64,000 nt of DNA from an uncultured candidate division Zixibacteria bacterium (lineage in GTDB: Bacteria; Zixibacteria; MSB-5A5; GN15; PGXB01): the NCBI GenBank assembly GCA_963702205.1, contig OY969724.1, positions 3,360,001 through 3,424,000 on the forward strand, given 5' to 3'. The position numbers and the translations under genes are program-made. Position 1 is the first letter of the stretch, and the number at the start of each line of letters is the position of its first letter. The notes beneath the pieces were generated by a model. It was not told the DNA's origin. It did not search any database and worked only from the letters and a program-made list of their open reading frames with translations. Positions 55,440-64,000 of this stretch are shown piece by piece.

Positions 55440-56123
55440 TTATACGTCTTTCCGCAACTTTAAAGGTAAGCGGATATCTATGGAAACGGCACTCTCTTTA
55501 CGATCAGATATTATCTCGGCACCGATCTCCTCTGCAATTACCTCTGCTTGTAACATATCGAGCGGTTCACACGCATGATTCCTGTCAAGCTTAATACTTA
55601 TATGTGCGGCATCATTAGCTTTGTCCAGCGTCAAATCAACATTATCACCCTTCTGCATTTCGGGCAATATCGCGAGAAAGGCCAGAAAAACCAACTGTTG
55701 TATTTTGAATTGATGACCTTCCATCTCCAGTGTCATATCATCGGGAGGCAAACTCAAGACGGCCCCGCGCAAAATCACCAGCCGCTCAGCCAATTGTCCG
55801 ATATTCAACAGGGTTTCGGTCAGGTTGAAAACGCCTTCAGGCTCATCGGCGCCGTGAGCGAATCGGTTCAGGCGGTTGATTATTTCTATGCTGCGCTCGG
55901 TTTGAGCCGCAACTTTGTCCGCAATGCGCTGCAGCAATTCGAGAGGAATCTCCCGCCCCAGCCGCTGCCCGGCCAGAAGATCCTCGAGCAGACCACCGGT
56001 CTGGCTGATTATGGACATGACATTGTTCAATTCGTGCGTGACCGACGCCGTAATCGTCCCGAAAAATCTGGTTTCCGTATCGGCCGGATAGCGTGTCTTT
56101 ATTTTTTCTCTATCGTCGTTCAT
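55440..56123 (-). CDS. Sensor-less histidine-kinase-like protein (HisKA plus degenerate ATPase domain)
   Basis: H-box 'SVTHELNN'. N, G1 and G2 boxes are not recognisable. Confidence 0.75.
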   Translation of the reverse strand: MNDDREKIKTRYPADTETRFFGTITASVTHELNNVMSIISQTGGLLEDLLAGQRLGREIPLELLQRIADKVAAQTERSIEIINRLNRFAHGADEPEGVFNLTETLLNIGQLAERLVILRGAVLSLPPDDMTLEMEGHQFKIQQLVFLAFLAILPEMQKGDNVDLTLDKANDAAHISIKLDRNHACEPLDMLQAEVIAEEIGAEIISDRKESAVSIDIRLPLKLRKDV

Positions 56124-56485
56124 TGTTTGTTCATTGCGTGGCGCATTTTTTCGATAAGGTCGTCGATATTTATCGGCTTGGCCAAGTAATCGGCCGCGCC
56201 TTTGGGCATATCCTGCATTTCCGCCGACGACCCATGTCCCGTGATTATCATTACCGGGATACCCGGATGTTCTTTGTTGATTACCCTCATCGTCTCCGAG
56301 CCGCTGATTCCGGGAAGTTTGAGATCGACCACGACGACGTCAAAGCTCTCGCGACGCATTCTCTCGATGGCCGACGCCCCGGTCAGTTCATAGACCGCTT
56401 CGATATCGCGGTACTGCAAACGCTCAACCAGTGTGGACACCAGTTCTTCTTCATCGTCGACGAAAAGTACTCTGAATTCGCTCAT
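56120..56485 (-). CDS. Single-domain response regulator
   Basis: 'LFVDDE', 'VVDLKLPG', 'ITGHG', 'AKP'. Confidence 0.92.
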   Translation of the reverse strand: MSEFRVLFVDDEEELVSTLVERLQYRDIEAVYELTGASAIERMRRESFDVVVVDLKLPGISGSETMRVINKEHPGIPVMIITGHGSSAEMQDMPKGAADYLAKPINIDDLIEKMRHAMNKQ

Positions 56486-56494
56486 TCTTGCATC

Positions 56495-58198
56495 CTAATA
56501 CTTTGCCCGTCGGGGAAGACTGATAGTGAAACTGGTCCCTTTACCCTGTTGACTGCTCACGTCGATTTGACCTTCCAGTTTCTGGACAATATCGCGCGTG
56601 ATTGATAGGCCCAGACCCGTCCCGAATTCACCTTTGGTCGAATAGAACGGCTCGAAAATATTCTTAAGATTTTTCTCGGATATCCCGACTCCGTTATCGG
56701 TCAGAGTTACTTTAATCATATCGTTTTCGGCGTCTCTGGCGGAGACATCTATTTTCCCTCCGACGTCGACCGCGGCAAAAGCATTGTTAATGATATTCAA
56801 GAAGACTTGCTGGAGCTGACCCCGGTCACTTTCGATCGGTTTCAGATCGGCCGGGATATCGAACGTAACATTTATATTCCGATGCATAAGTTCCGTTTTC
56901 TGGAAGCCGACCACTTCTTCGAGCAGAGTTTTCAGATCGATCGATTCTTTGCGACTGTCCATGCGCCTGGCGAACCCGAGCAAGCGGTGCGTCACCCCGC
57001 TGCATCGCTCCACCGATTTCGTGATCGATTCGGCCAGGCCGAGAAATTTATCTTTCTGCGGCAGGTCTTTTATATGATAAGCCATATCCTGCAAGAGCCC
57101 TGCCTTTTCATTGATTATGGCCAGGGGATTGTTGATCTCATGGGCCACGCCCGCCGCCATGCGGCCGATGGTCGCCATTTTATTGGTATATTCGACATTG
57201 TGAAATATGCGGGCCCGGCGTTTGTCCAGCTCCCGGAGCCGCTTAATCGTATGCCCGGCACCGTACATAACGACAACCAGAATCAGCGCCGCACTGACAA
57301 CCAAAAACCACAGCAGGCCCGTCCGCCGATAGAACCAGTGCAAAAAAGGATTCTCGCGCTGCTTGATGACCATCAGGATGAACGGTGTCGATTCGATGTA
57401 CCAGTACCCCGTGGTCAGCCATTTCCCCTGCTCTTCGTATTCGTCGATAACTTCCCGATGCCGGAAACTGCGCGGCACATCGAAACTCATTTTTGTAAGG
57501 ACTTCACCGTGATAAGCAGAATTGGTCTGGAGAATACCGTTTTGGTTGATGAGAAAGGCATCGGTTCCGGGATCGAGGTCAAGCGCATAGAAAATTTTGT
57601 TGATCATCTCCATGTCTATTGTCGCGCGCAAAATGAAGAACTCACCGTCGGGACGTTCGTGCCGGAACGCAATAACAAAATGCGGCAGGTTGCGATGACC
57701 CATGAAGACATCGCTGACATATTCGCCGCGCACCATGACTTCATTGAACCAACCCTGGTCTCTGTAATTCTTGCCCTTCAAATCGTACGGCCCGACATAA
57801 ATCGTCTGATTGCCCAGCGAATCGATCAGCCCCAAATCCACAAAACCGCCGAACGAACCGTTGAGATCCTTCAGCACCGTTTTGAGACGGTCGTTTTCGC
57901 TCAGTTCGCGGTAGGAATGCTGGGTGATAATCAATGACAGCGCGGCGCGACGCTCTTCGATGACAAATTCCAGCGTGCGCTTGTTATTCGAGAGAATCCG
58001 CGAGATATCGTAGCGGCTTTCGGCATGATATGAATCCTGATCCTGATAAAAGTTCAGCACGACCATGATAATCAACGGCACCAGCGCCACCAGCGACGTG
58101 GCAACCACCGAGATACGGCGCAGCCGCCGATACCTCGGCAAAGTCTGGCTGGGATCGGCTTCGACATGGATCGTATCGGGCTTAAATTGTTCTTCCAT
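56495..58198 (-). CDS. Membrane sensor histidine kinase with a Cache-like periplasmic domain
   Basis: Two TM helices, 'AHEINNPL', 'QQVFLNIINNA', 'DNGVGI', 'FEPFYSTK', 'GTGLGL'. Confidence 0.94.
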   Translation of the reverse strand: MEEQFKPDTIHVEADPSQTLPRYRRLRRISVVATSLVALVPLIIMVVLNFYQDQDSYHAESRYDISRILSNNKRTLEFVIEERRAALSLIITQHSYRELSENDRLKTVLKDLNGSFGGFVDLGLIDSLGNQTIYVGPYDLKGKNYRDQGWFNEVMVRGEYVSDVFMGHRNLPHFVIAFRHERPDGEFFILRATIDMEMINKIFYALDLDPGTDAFLINQNGILQTNSAYHGEVLTKMSFDVPRSFRHREVIDEYEEQGKWLTTGYWYIESTPFILMVIKQRENPFLHWFYRRTGLLWFLVVSAALILVVVMYGAGHTIKRLRELDKRRARIFHNVEYTNKMATIGRMAAGVAHEINNPLAIINEKAGLLQDMAYHIKDLPQKDKFLGLAESITKSVERCSGVTHRLLGFARRMDSRKESIDLKTLLEEVVGFQKTELMHRNINVTFDIPADLKPIESDRGQLQQVFLNIINNAFAAVDVGGKIDVSARDAENDMIKVTLTDNGVGISEKNLKNIFEPFYSTKGEFGTGLGLSITRDIVQKLEGQIDVSSQQGKGTSFTISLPRRAKY

Positions 58199-58249
58199 AT
58201 CTCTCGATGATTTTCTAAAAATCCCTCTACACTTCGGGGTCAGCCGATG

Positions 58250-59497
58250 TTATTCATCGGCACTGTTTTCAGTTCGATCGCTGCTCACATTCTTCAATCG
58301 GTTGATTTTCTGATATGCTTCATTCATGACCCGGGCCAGCAGGTCGATATTGACCGGTTTGCGCAAATAGGCGAACGCCCCCAGGTCCTCGGCCATTTCT
58401 TCCTCGCGTTTGGAACCGTGCCCGGTCAGGATAATTACCTCGACCCTCGGATAATCTCTCTTGATTCTCCGCAGGACTTCGATACCATCAATGCCGGGCA
58501 TCATAAGGTCGAGCACCATGACATCGGGTTCGTCCTTCTTGACAAATTCCAGCGCCTGCTCGCCGTCGTAGACGACCGATGACTCAAGGTTGCGTGACTT
58601 CAATCTTTCCGAAAGGGTTTGCACGAATTCCTGTTCGTCGTCGACCAAAAGAATCTTGGGTGGAACTTCGATATTCGCCCACGGATTCATCGACGACGAC
58701 TGGAATTTTTGCCCGATTCTGATTTCGACGTCTTTGACGCCTTCGACTTTCGCACAGACGGCCTTAAGATCGTCCTGGTACTGCTGCATGCGCAGGACCT
58801 CTTTATTTATCGTGACAAAAACTTTGCCGTTTTCCGCTGCGACCTCAATTATATGCCCGGCCTCGACCAAAGCGAGGTTGACTTTGGCACTCAGGAGAAA
58901 ATCCTCAATGGCCTTCTGCGATCGTTCCGACGTGGCCAGCTGCTCCCCGTTCGCCAAATTGCGGATAGTCTCGACGGCATCCGGAACTGAAACCGAATGG
59001 GTCGGGATTATCAAGTCATATAGTGATTCATCGTACGGCGGTTTGCCGTACAGGTAGCTTGTCCATTCCAGATATTCGGAATCATCTTTGCGAACCAGTT
59101 TCCGGGCCTCCTTTTCGGACAGCGAATTGCTTTCACCCGCGATCCGCACCCGGTAATCGAAATTCGCGATGATGCACGTCCGCAATATGTGTGCGGCCGT
59201 TCTCGGAAACAGATGCCCGGCCGGGCCGGTCAGGACGATATTATCGGACGCCGCCATCTCCGCCAGCGTCAACTTGACACGAGCGATCGCCTTTTCCCGA
59301 TCGTGGGTCAGTCTGCTCAAGAAGGTGACCTTCCCAAGCATCGCCTTGAGCAGCTTCTCGGCCGACAAGTCGTACTTCTGCGAGGTCAAATCATATAATT
59401 TTCGCTCTATTAGCTCATAATGGAGGGCCTCGGCCACTTTCGGAGCGATTTCCTCGCCGTGGCAGAACGAGCCGCTGAATATTGATATTATGGCCAC
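58250..59497 (-). CDS. Cytidylate-kinase-like + BON-like + receiver domain protein
   Basis: Degenerate P-loop 'ISIFSGSFCHG', 'YDLII', C-terminal REC 'LLVDDE..LDLMMPGIDG..LTGHG..KP'. GTG start. Confidence 0.82.
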   Translation of the reverse strand: MAIISIFSGSFCHGEEIAPKVAEALHYELIERKLYDLTSQKYDLSAEKLLKAMLGKVTFLSRLTHDREKAIARVKLTLAEMAASDNIVLTGPAGHLFPRTAAHILRTCIIANFDYRVRIAGESNSLSEKEARKLVRKDDSEYLEWTSYLYGKPPYDESLYDLIIPTHSVSVPDAVETIRNLANGEQLATSERSQKAIEDFLLSAKVNLALVEAGHIIEVAAENGKVFVTINKEVLRMQQYQDDLKAVCAKVEGVKDVEIRIGQKFQSSSMNPWANIEVPPKILLVDDEQEFVQTLSERLKSRNLESSVVYDGEQALEFVKKDEPDVMVLDLMMPGIDGIEVLRRIKRDYPRVEVIILTGHGSKREEEMAEDLGAFAYLRKPVNIDLLARVMNEAYQKINRLKNVSSDRTENSADE

Positions 59498-59814
59498 CTG
59501 TTCTCCCTTGTCAAGGTGGATACTTTACACACCGGTCAATTATAACTCCGCCGCCTTCACAGAGCAAGGCGATAAATCAATAAATATTCCCGGTTGCCCC
59601 GATAGCAATAAAAATCGTATTTGTATGCGGTCATCTTTTCGGCTTCAATTAGAGCTTGCCATAAGCAGCCGGATATCTTAACTTCTTGCCTTGATTACTT
59701 GGGTCAAAGGGGACATTTGCCCGGAGGCATTTCCGATGTTCGTGGTCCGGGGGAATGCAGTGAAGCGTAAGACCTGCTCGGGTTCCGGGTAGCCGGAGTT
59801 TTGTTTTTGAGATT

Positions 59815-62037
59815 ATGTTAGGCAAGACACGAAAAAACGGGCAGCTGACTTCAAGCTCAGAAGTTCTATTTAAAATTTTTCCATTTATTTTCTGGTTTCG
59901 TGCCTACGACTCGACCAAGCTCCGTCAGGATTTTATATCGGGGCTGACCGTCGCCCTGGTGCTGGTACCGCAGTCGATGGCGTACGCCCAACTGGCCGGT
60001 TTGCCCGCCTATTATGGTTTGTATGCCGCTTTCCTTCCTCCCCTGATTGCATCCCTGTTCGGCTCGAGCCATCAACTGGCCACCGGGCCGGTCGCGGTCG
60101 TGTCCCTGATGACCGCCACGGCGCTGGCGCCTCTGGCCACGGCCGGGGGCGAAGCCTTCATCGCTTACGCCATCCTTCTTGCGTTATTGGTTGGAATCTT
60201 CCAGCTGGCCCTGGGAGTTCTCAAGCTCGGACTGGTCATAAACTTCCTCTCCCACCCGGTCGTCAACGGCTTTACTAACGCCGCCGCGCTTATTATCGCG
60301 TCGTCACAGCTGTCCAAGCTGTTCGGCGTTACGGTCGATTCAGCCGAGCATCATTACGAAACTATTTACAACGTCATGAAGGCCGCAATATCGTACACGC
60401 ACTGGCCGACGCTCGCCATTGCCATTCTTGCCTTTGTTATAATGATTACTCTGAAGAGGCTGGCGCCGAAAATACCAAACGTCCTCGTTGCAGTGATAAT
60501 AACGTCTATCATTTCCTGGACGCTCGGATTCGAGCACAACCAGAAAACCAGTCTCGACGCTATCGAGAATAATCAGGCTCAGGAGATGATCGCGCTTTTC
60601 AATCAGGACATCGCCAATATCGTAACAAAATCCGAAGAACGCGTCGAACTGGCCGCGGAGCTGAGGGAAATCGAAGACACCTATGGCGACCGATCTGTGA
60701 AAGCCCTGGAAATCAGGCACAAGATGTCGCTTTTAAACGTGGAGATAACCGAATTAAATGAGGCCTCGCACGAACTTCGCGAAAAAATCAGACTGCTGCA
60801 TTTCAAGGGAATCGAAGGCCCGGGGGGGCACTTGCGTTTTTATGCCATGAATGATACCTCCACCGACCACCCCGACGACGGCCGTGACTGGCGGCTTAAA
60901 GTCGGTAATTCGACTATCAAGGCGGACGCTGTATCTTTGACCGGCGGCGGATCGGTCGTGGGTGACATCCCCAAAGGCCTCCCCGGATTAAATCTTCCCA
61001 AATTCGACGTGAGCACAATGATTTCTCTGTTCCCTATGGCCGTCATCATTTCCCTGCTCGGTTTTATGGAAGCCATTTCCATCGCCAGGGCCATGGCGGC
61101 GCGGACCGGGCAAAGACTCGATCCCAACCAGGAACTGATCGGGCAGGGCCTGTCCAATATCGTCGGTTCGTTTTTCCACAGTTACGCCGTCTCCGGGTCG
61201 TTTTCCAGGTCGGCCGTAAACATTCAGTCGGGGGCCGTGACCGGCCTGTCCAACGTTTTCAGCAGCTGCGTCGTTGCTGCGACCCTGCTGTTTCTTACGC
61301 CGCTGTTGTACTATCTGCCACAGGCGGTGTTGGCGGCGATCATCATGATGGCCGTCATAGGACTTATCAACGTTCGGGGCTTCATCCATGCCTGGAAAGC
61401 TCAAAAATACGACGGCGCCATCGGCATAATTACCTTTATCGCGACCCTGGCCTTCGCCCCGCATCTCGACCGGGGCATCATGATCGGCGTCGGGCTGTCC
61501 CTGGGACTGCAGCTATTGCGCAGTATGAAGCCGGACATGGCACTGTTGTCACTGCACCCCGACGGTACCTTCCGCAATCAAAAACGATTCCACCTCAAGC
61601 AGTGCCGGCATATTGCATTGATCAGGTACAACGGCTCTCTTTATTTCGCCAATGTCAGCTATCTCGAAGAACAGATTCTGGAGCTTATATCCGGAATGCC
61701 GGAACTTCGGCATATCATTATCGTCGGCAACGGCATCAACGAAATGGACGCCTCCGGTGAAGATATGCTGTCGATACTGGTCAGCCGCATCCGCGAAGCG
61801 GGGTACGATATTTCGTTCAGCGGTCTCAACGATGACGTGCTTGACGTCTTGCGGCGAACCCATCTGTACGAAAAAATAGGCGAAGATCATCTGTACCGCA
61901 ACGCGACGAGGGCCATCGACGGAGTCTATGCGATAACTCACGCCGGAAGCGGTGAATCGCCCTGTCCCCTGCGTTCGGTCGTCGCCGTCGGCCTGCCGAC
62001 CATATTCAGCGAAGAAGGCGGCGAAAAGCTGTTCTAA
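59815..62037 (+). CDS. SulP/SLC26 anion transporter with a STAS domain and a large extramembrane insertion
   Basis: 'GLTVALVLVPQSMAYA.LAGLP', 'FGSS..L.TGP', 'NQELIGQGL.N', 'GSFSRS'; STAS 'SLYFAN', 'MDASG'. Confidence 0.93.
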   Translation: MLGKTRKNGQLTSSSEVLFKIFPFIFWFRAYDSTKLRQDFISGLTVALVLVPQSMAYAQLAGLPAYYGLYAAFLPPLIASLFGSSHQLATGPVAVVSLMTATALAPLATAGGEAFIAYAILLALLVGIFQLALGVLKLGLVINFLSHPVVNGFTNAAALIIASSQLSKLFGVTVDSAEHHYETIYNVMKAAISYTHWPTLAIAILAFVIMITLKRLAPKIPNVLVAVIITSIISWTLGFEHNQKTSLDAIENNQAQEMIALFNQDIANIVTKSEERVELAAELREIEDTYGDRSVKALEIRHKMSLLNVEITELNEASHELREKIRLLHFKGIEGPGGHLRFYAMNDTSTDHPDDGRDWRLKVGNSTIKADAVSLTGGGSVVGDIPKGLPGLNLPKFDVSTMISLFPMAVIISLLGFMEAISIARAMAARTGQRLDPNQELIGQGLSNIVGSFFHSYAVSGSFSRSAVNIQSGAVTGLSNVFSSCVVAATLLFLTPLLYYLPQAVLAAIIMMAVIGLINVRGFIHAWKAQKYDGAIGIITFIATLAFAPHLDRGIMIGVGLSLGLQLLRSMKPDMALLSLHPDGTFRNQKRFHLKQCRHIALIRYNGSLYFANVSYLEEQILELISGMPELRHIIIVGNGINEMDASGEDMLSILVSRIREAGYDISFSGLNDDVLDVLRRTHLYEKIGEDHLYRNATRAIDGVYAITHAGSGESPCPLRSVVAVGLPTIFSEEGGEKLF

Positions 62038-62110
62038 TCTCACGACCACTCTTCGACCATTCGTTTTTGCGTTCCATTAGTACAATCCGACAAACATCGA
62101 AATTATTAAA

Positions 62111-62137
62111 AAACGGCCATCCTCCATGGATGACCGT
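62111..62137. terminator. Hairpin terminator between convergent genes
   Basis: ACGGCCATCC-TCCAT-GGATGACCGT with an A-run on the left. Confidence 0.65.
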
Positions 62138-62164
62138 CAATGTTGCTGGAGCAAAAATCCTAAT

Positions 62165-64000
62165 TTATTCTTGCGGAGGGAATGATTTGTCTTTATTTAT
62201 TTCAGTCTGAAAAATCTCATCGGCGGCGTGTTCGTGCCGATACACCGTCTCCGGCATCTTTCCGGTCACCCACGACGGATTCATCGGATAAACGTCGGGA
62301 TTGAAGACGGTCGAATACATATGCCAGATCGCTATCGCCAGAGTCGCCAAAACCGCTTCATAGTAATGGACAATCAGCGATATATCCAAAAAGCCTTTGG
62401 GGAACCAGCGCACGGCAAAATTATCGAACCAGAGGAAAAAACCGGTTATAATCATGATGGCCGTGCCCCAGACCAGCGCCCAGTACTCTGCCTTCTCGAC
62501 ATAGCTGAATTTCCCGAAATCGGGCTTTTTCCTGGATAGTCCGATATTATAAAGATTCATCTGTATGAACTGAGTAAAGTCCTTCTTGAGCGGACGCATG
62601 TCGAACAAAAATCCCCGCCCGCGTTTAGTCGTCAGGTACACGATATGCCAGACTACGGTCAGGATAAACAGCACCGCCGCGACTCGGTGGATAATTCCTC
62701 TTAATGGGAAGCCGCCCTCCCAGCCGAACAGGAAATCCACCCACCATGATTGTGAATATCGGAGGGCAAAACCGGTTATGACCAGAGTGATAAAAGTCAG
62801 CATCAGGAAGGCGTGCTGCCATACTTCGCCCAGCGTCATGCGCCGTACCTGTTTGACTTTCGAAGTATTTTTGATCTTCCGCCACAGATCGAATAGCCAG
62901 TGCACGACCATCAGGCCAATGATAACAAAAATCGCGATGACATAAAGAGTCCGCACGACCTGCGCCGTAGGCGTTCTCGATACACCCGGCGTACCATGAA
63001 TCGGCGCCGTGGCCATCGCCTGCGTGATACCCGGATGGCACCGCCCGCACGTTTCGACCAGATTGCCGGCATAAATCGACGACGTGGAATCGGTATGAGG
63101 CAATATCCGGTGAGCCCCGTGACACGACGAGCAGTTGGCAACCGACAGATCCCCAGCCATGCTCTTCAGACCGTGATAGCTGTCCACCCACGTTTTCAAA
63201 CGCTCGGTCGGAATCCCGTACTTTTCGTTCAGACGAGCCGATTCATGGCAGGGTGCACAGGTGGCCTCAGCTACCCGCGACGGGCTGACCCGCGACTCGG
63301 GGTCCGACGGTGAAATAATGCCGTGTTCACCGTGGCAGTCGGTACACACCGGCGCGTCGGTTTCTCCCCGTTCGACCAGTTTTCCGTGAATCCCTTCCCA
63401 ATAGTCGTTCTCCACGTTTTTATGACACTTGCCGCAGGTGTGCGGAATATTGAAATGGTTGATGGTCGACCCGGAATTGCCGGGACCGAGAATCTTATGA
63501 GCCGTGCCGCCGGTCGAATGGCAATCGTTGCACGAAGCCGCCGTATACACGCCACCCAGAGAAGCCTTGCCGTGGACACTGCTTTTGTATACTTCAACGG
63601 CCTTGCCATACAGAATCTCATGCCGCTTGGTCAGGTTGATATTTTCGTGGCAGTTGCCGCAGGTCTGGGGCAGGTTTACCGGGTTAACCATTGACATTTT
63701 ATTGGTCGGCGGAAGTATATCGTGCGTCCCGTGACAATCGGAGCAGTCGGGAATGTCTTTGTCGGCCCCGACCGCCATCCGGCCGTGATATTTATAATCC
63801 TCGGCGGCCTGGTCGTGACAAATTCCGCAATCGACTTTTTCGAGTGTGTCTTCGTGGGGCAGATCGACTATGTCGGTATGGCAATCGGTGCATTCCATAC
63901 CACTGTGAGCGGATTCCGCGATTAAGGCGTGATAAGTCCTGGTCGTGTCCTTGAGAGTCGTTTCATGGCAGGTCAGACAATCTTCGCTGTCCACCGCCTG
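62165..64000 (-). CDS. Multiheme cytochrome c fused to a cytochrome b (FdnI/HydC-like) membrane domain, CbcL-like; 5' end outside the window
   Basis: 11 CxxCH motifs visible, then TM helices with His ligands ('WQH', 'IIHRVAA', 'WH', 'VHYYEA', 'WHMY') and 'KFSYVEKAEYWA'. Confidence 0.9.
   Translation of the reverse strand, partial: QAVDSEDCLTCHETTLKDTTRTYHALIAESAHSGMECTDCHTDIVDLPHEDTLEKVDCGICHDQAAEDYKYHGRMAVGADKDIPDCSDCHGTHDILPPTNKMSMVNPVNLPQTCGNCHENINLTKRHEILYGKAVEVYKSSVHGKASLGGVYTAASCNDCHSTGGTAHKILGPGNSGSTINHFNIPHTCGKCHKNVENDYWEGIHGKLVERGETDAPVCTDCHGEHGIISPSDPESRVSPSRVAEATCAPCHESARLNEKYGIPTERLKTWVDSYHGLKSMAGDLSVANCSSCHGAHRILPHTDSTSSIYAGNLVETCGRCHPGITQAMATAPIHGTPGVSRTPTAQVVRTLYVIAIFVIIGLMVVHWLFDLWRKIKNTSKVKQVRRMTLGEVWQHAFLMLTFITLVITGFALRYSQSWWVDFLFGWEGGFPLRGIIHRVAAVLFILTVVWHIVYLTTKRGRGFLFDMRPLKKDFTQFIQMNLYNIGLSRKKPDFGKFSYVEKAEYWALVWGTAIMIITGFFLWFDNFAVRWFPKGFLDISLIVHYYEAVLATLAIAIWHMYSTVFNPDVYPMNPSWVTGKMPETVYRHEHAADEIFQTEINKDKSFPPQE

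Noticed and set aside
59690..59810. Riboswitch upstream of the SulP gene
   Set aside because: The region is GC-rich with weak hairpins, but I could not recognise a known aptamer consensus or an expression platform. An Rfam search would settle it.

Overview
This is a gene-dense chromosomal window from a diderm, probably anaerobic bacterium. It is most likely FCB-superphylum/Zixibacteria-like, an inference from the dockerin-like 'D-x-N-x-D-x-x-V-N-L-x-D-I-L-Y-L-I-A' tails, a T9SS-type C-terminal domain on an S8 protease and a PorV/PorQ-family barrel. Ordinary content includes ppdK, comM, hutIU, murA, mscS, a Lon-like protease, tRNA-Glu(CUC), a GAF-PP2C phosphatase, a Ser/Thr kinase, a five-gene two-component cluster beside a SulP transporter, and a multiheme cytochrome c/cytochrome b fusion cut by the window end. 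The main candidate for an undescribed system is an 11-kb minus-strand operon (13379-24238) built from three tandem, diverged copies of a four-gene membrane module of unknown function: FN3+DUF6754-like protein A, membrane protein B, membrane-anchored protein C and membrane protein D. It has one promoter, a structured leader and one terminator, and a candidate small RNA is transcribed divergently from it. Other points of interest are palindromic WYL/PafBC-type promoter boxes upstream of comM and of a YciI-SRPBCC gene, a histone-H1-like arm on PPDK, DnaA boxes upstream of a small basic protein, a divergent 4-hydroxybutyryl-CoA dehydratase homologue, a MITE and several REP-like hairpins, an unannotated 50-aa ribbon-helix-helix gene, a duplicated outer-membrane-protein transcription unit and two disrupted dockerin-tailed surface proteins. 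I saw no CRISPR array, rRNA, integrase or transposase. All family assignments come from motif recognition by eye; no searches were run.
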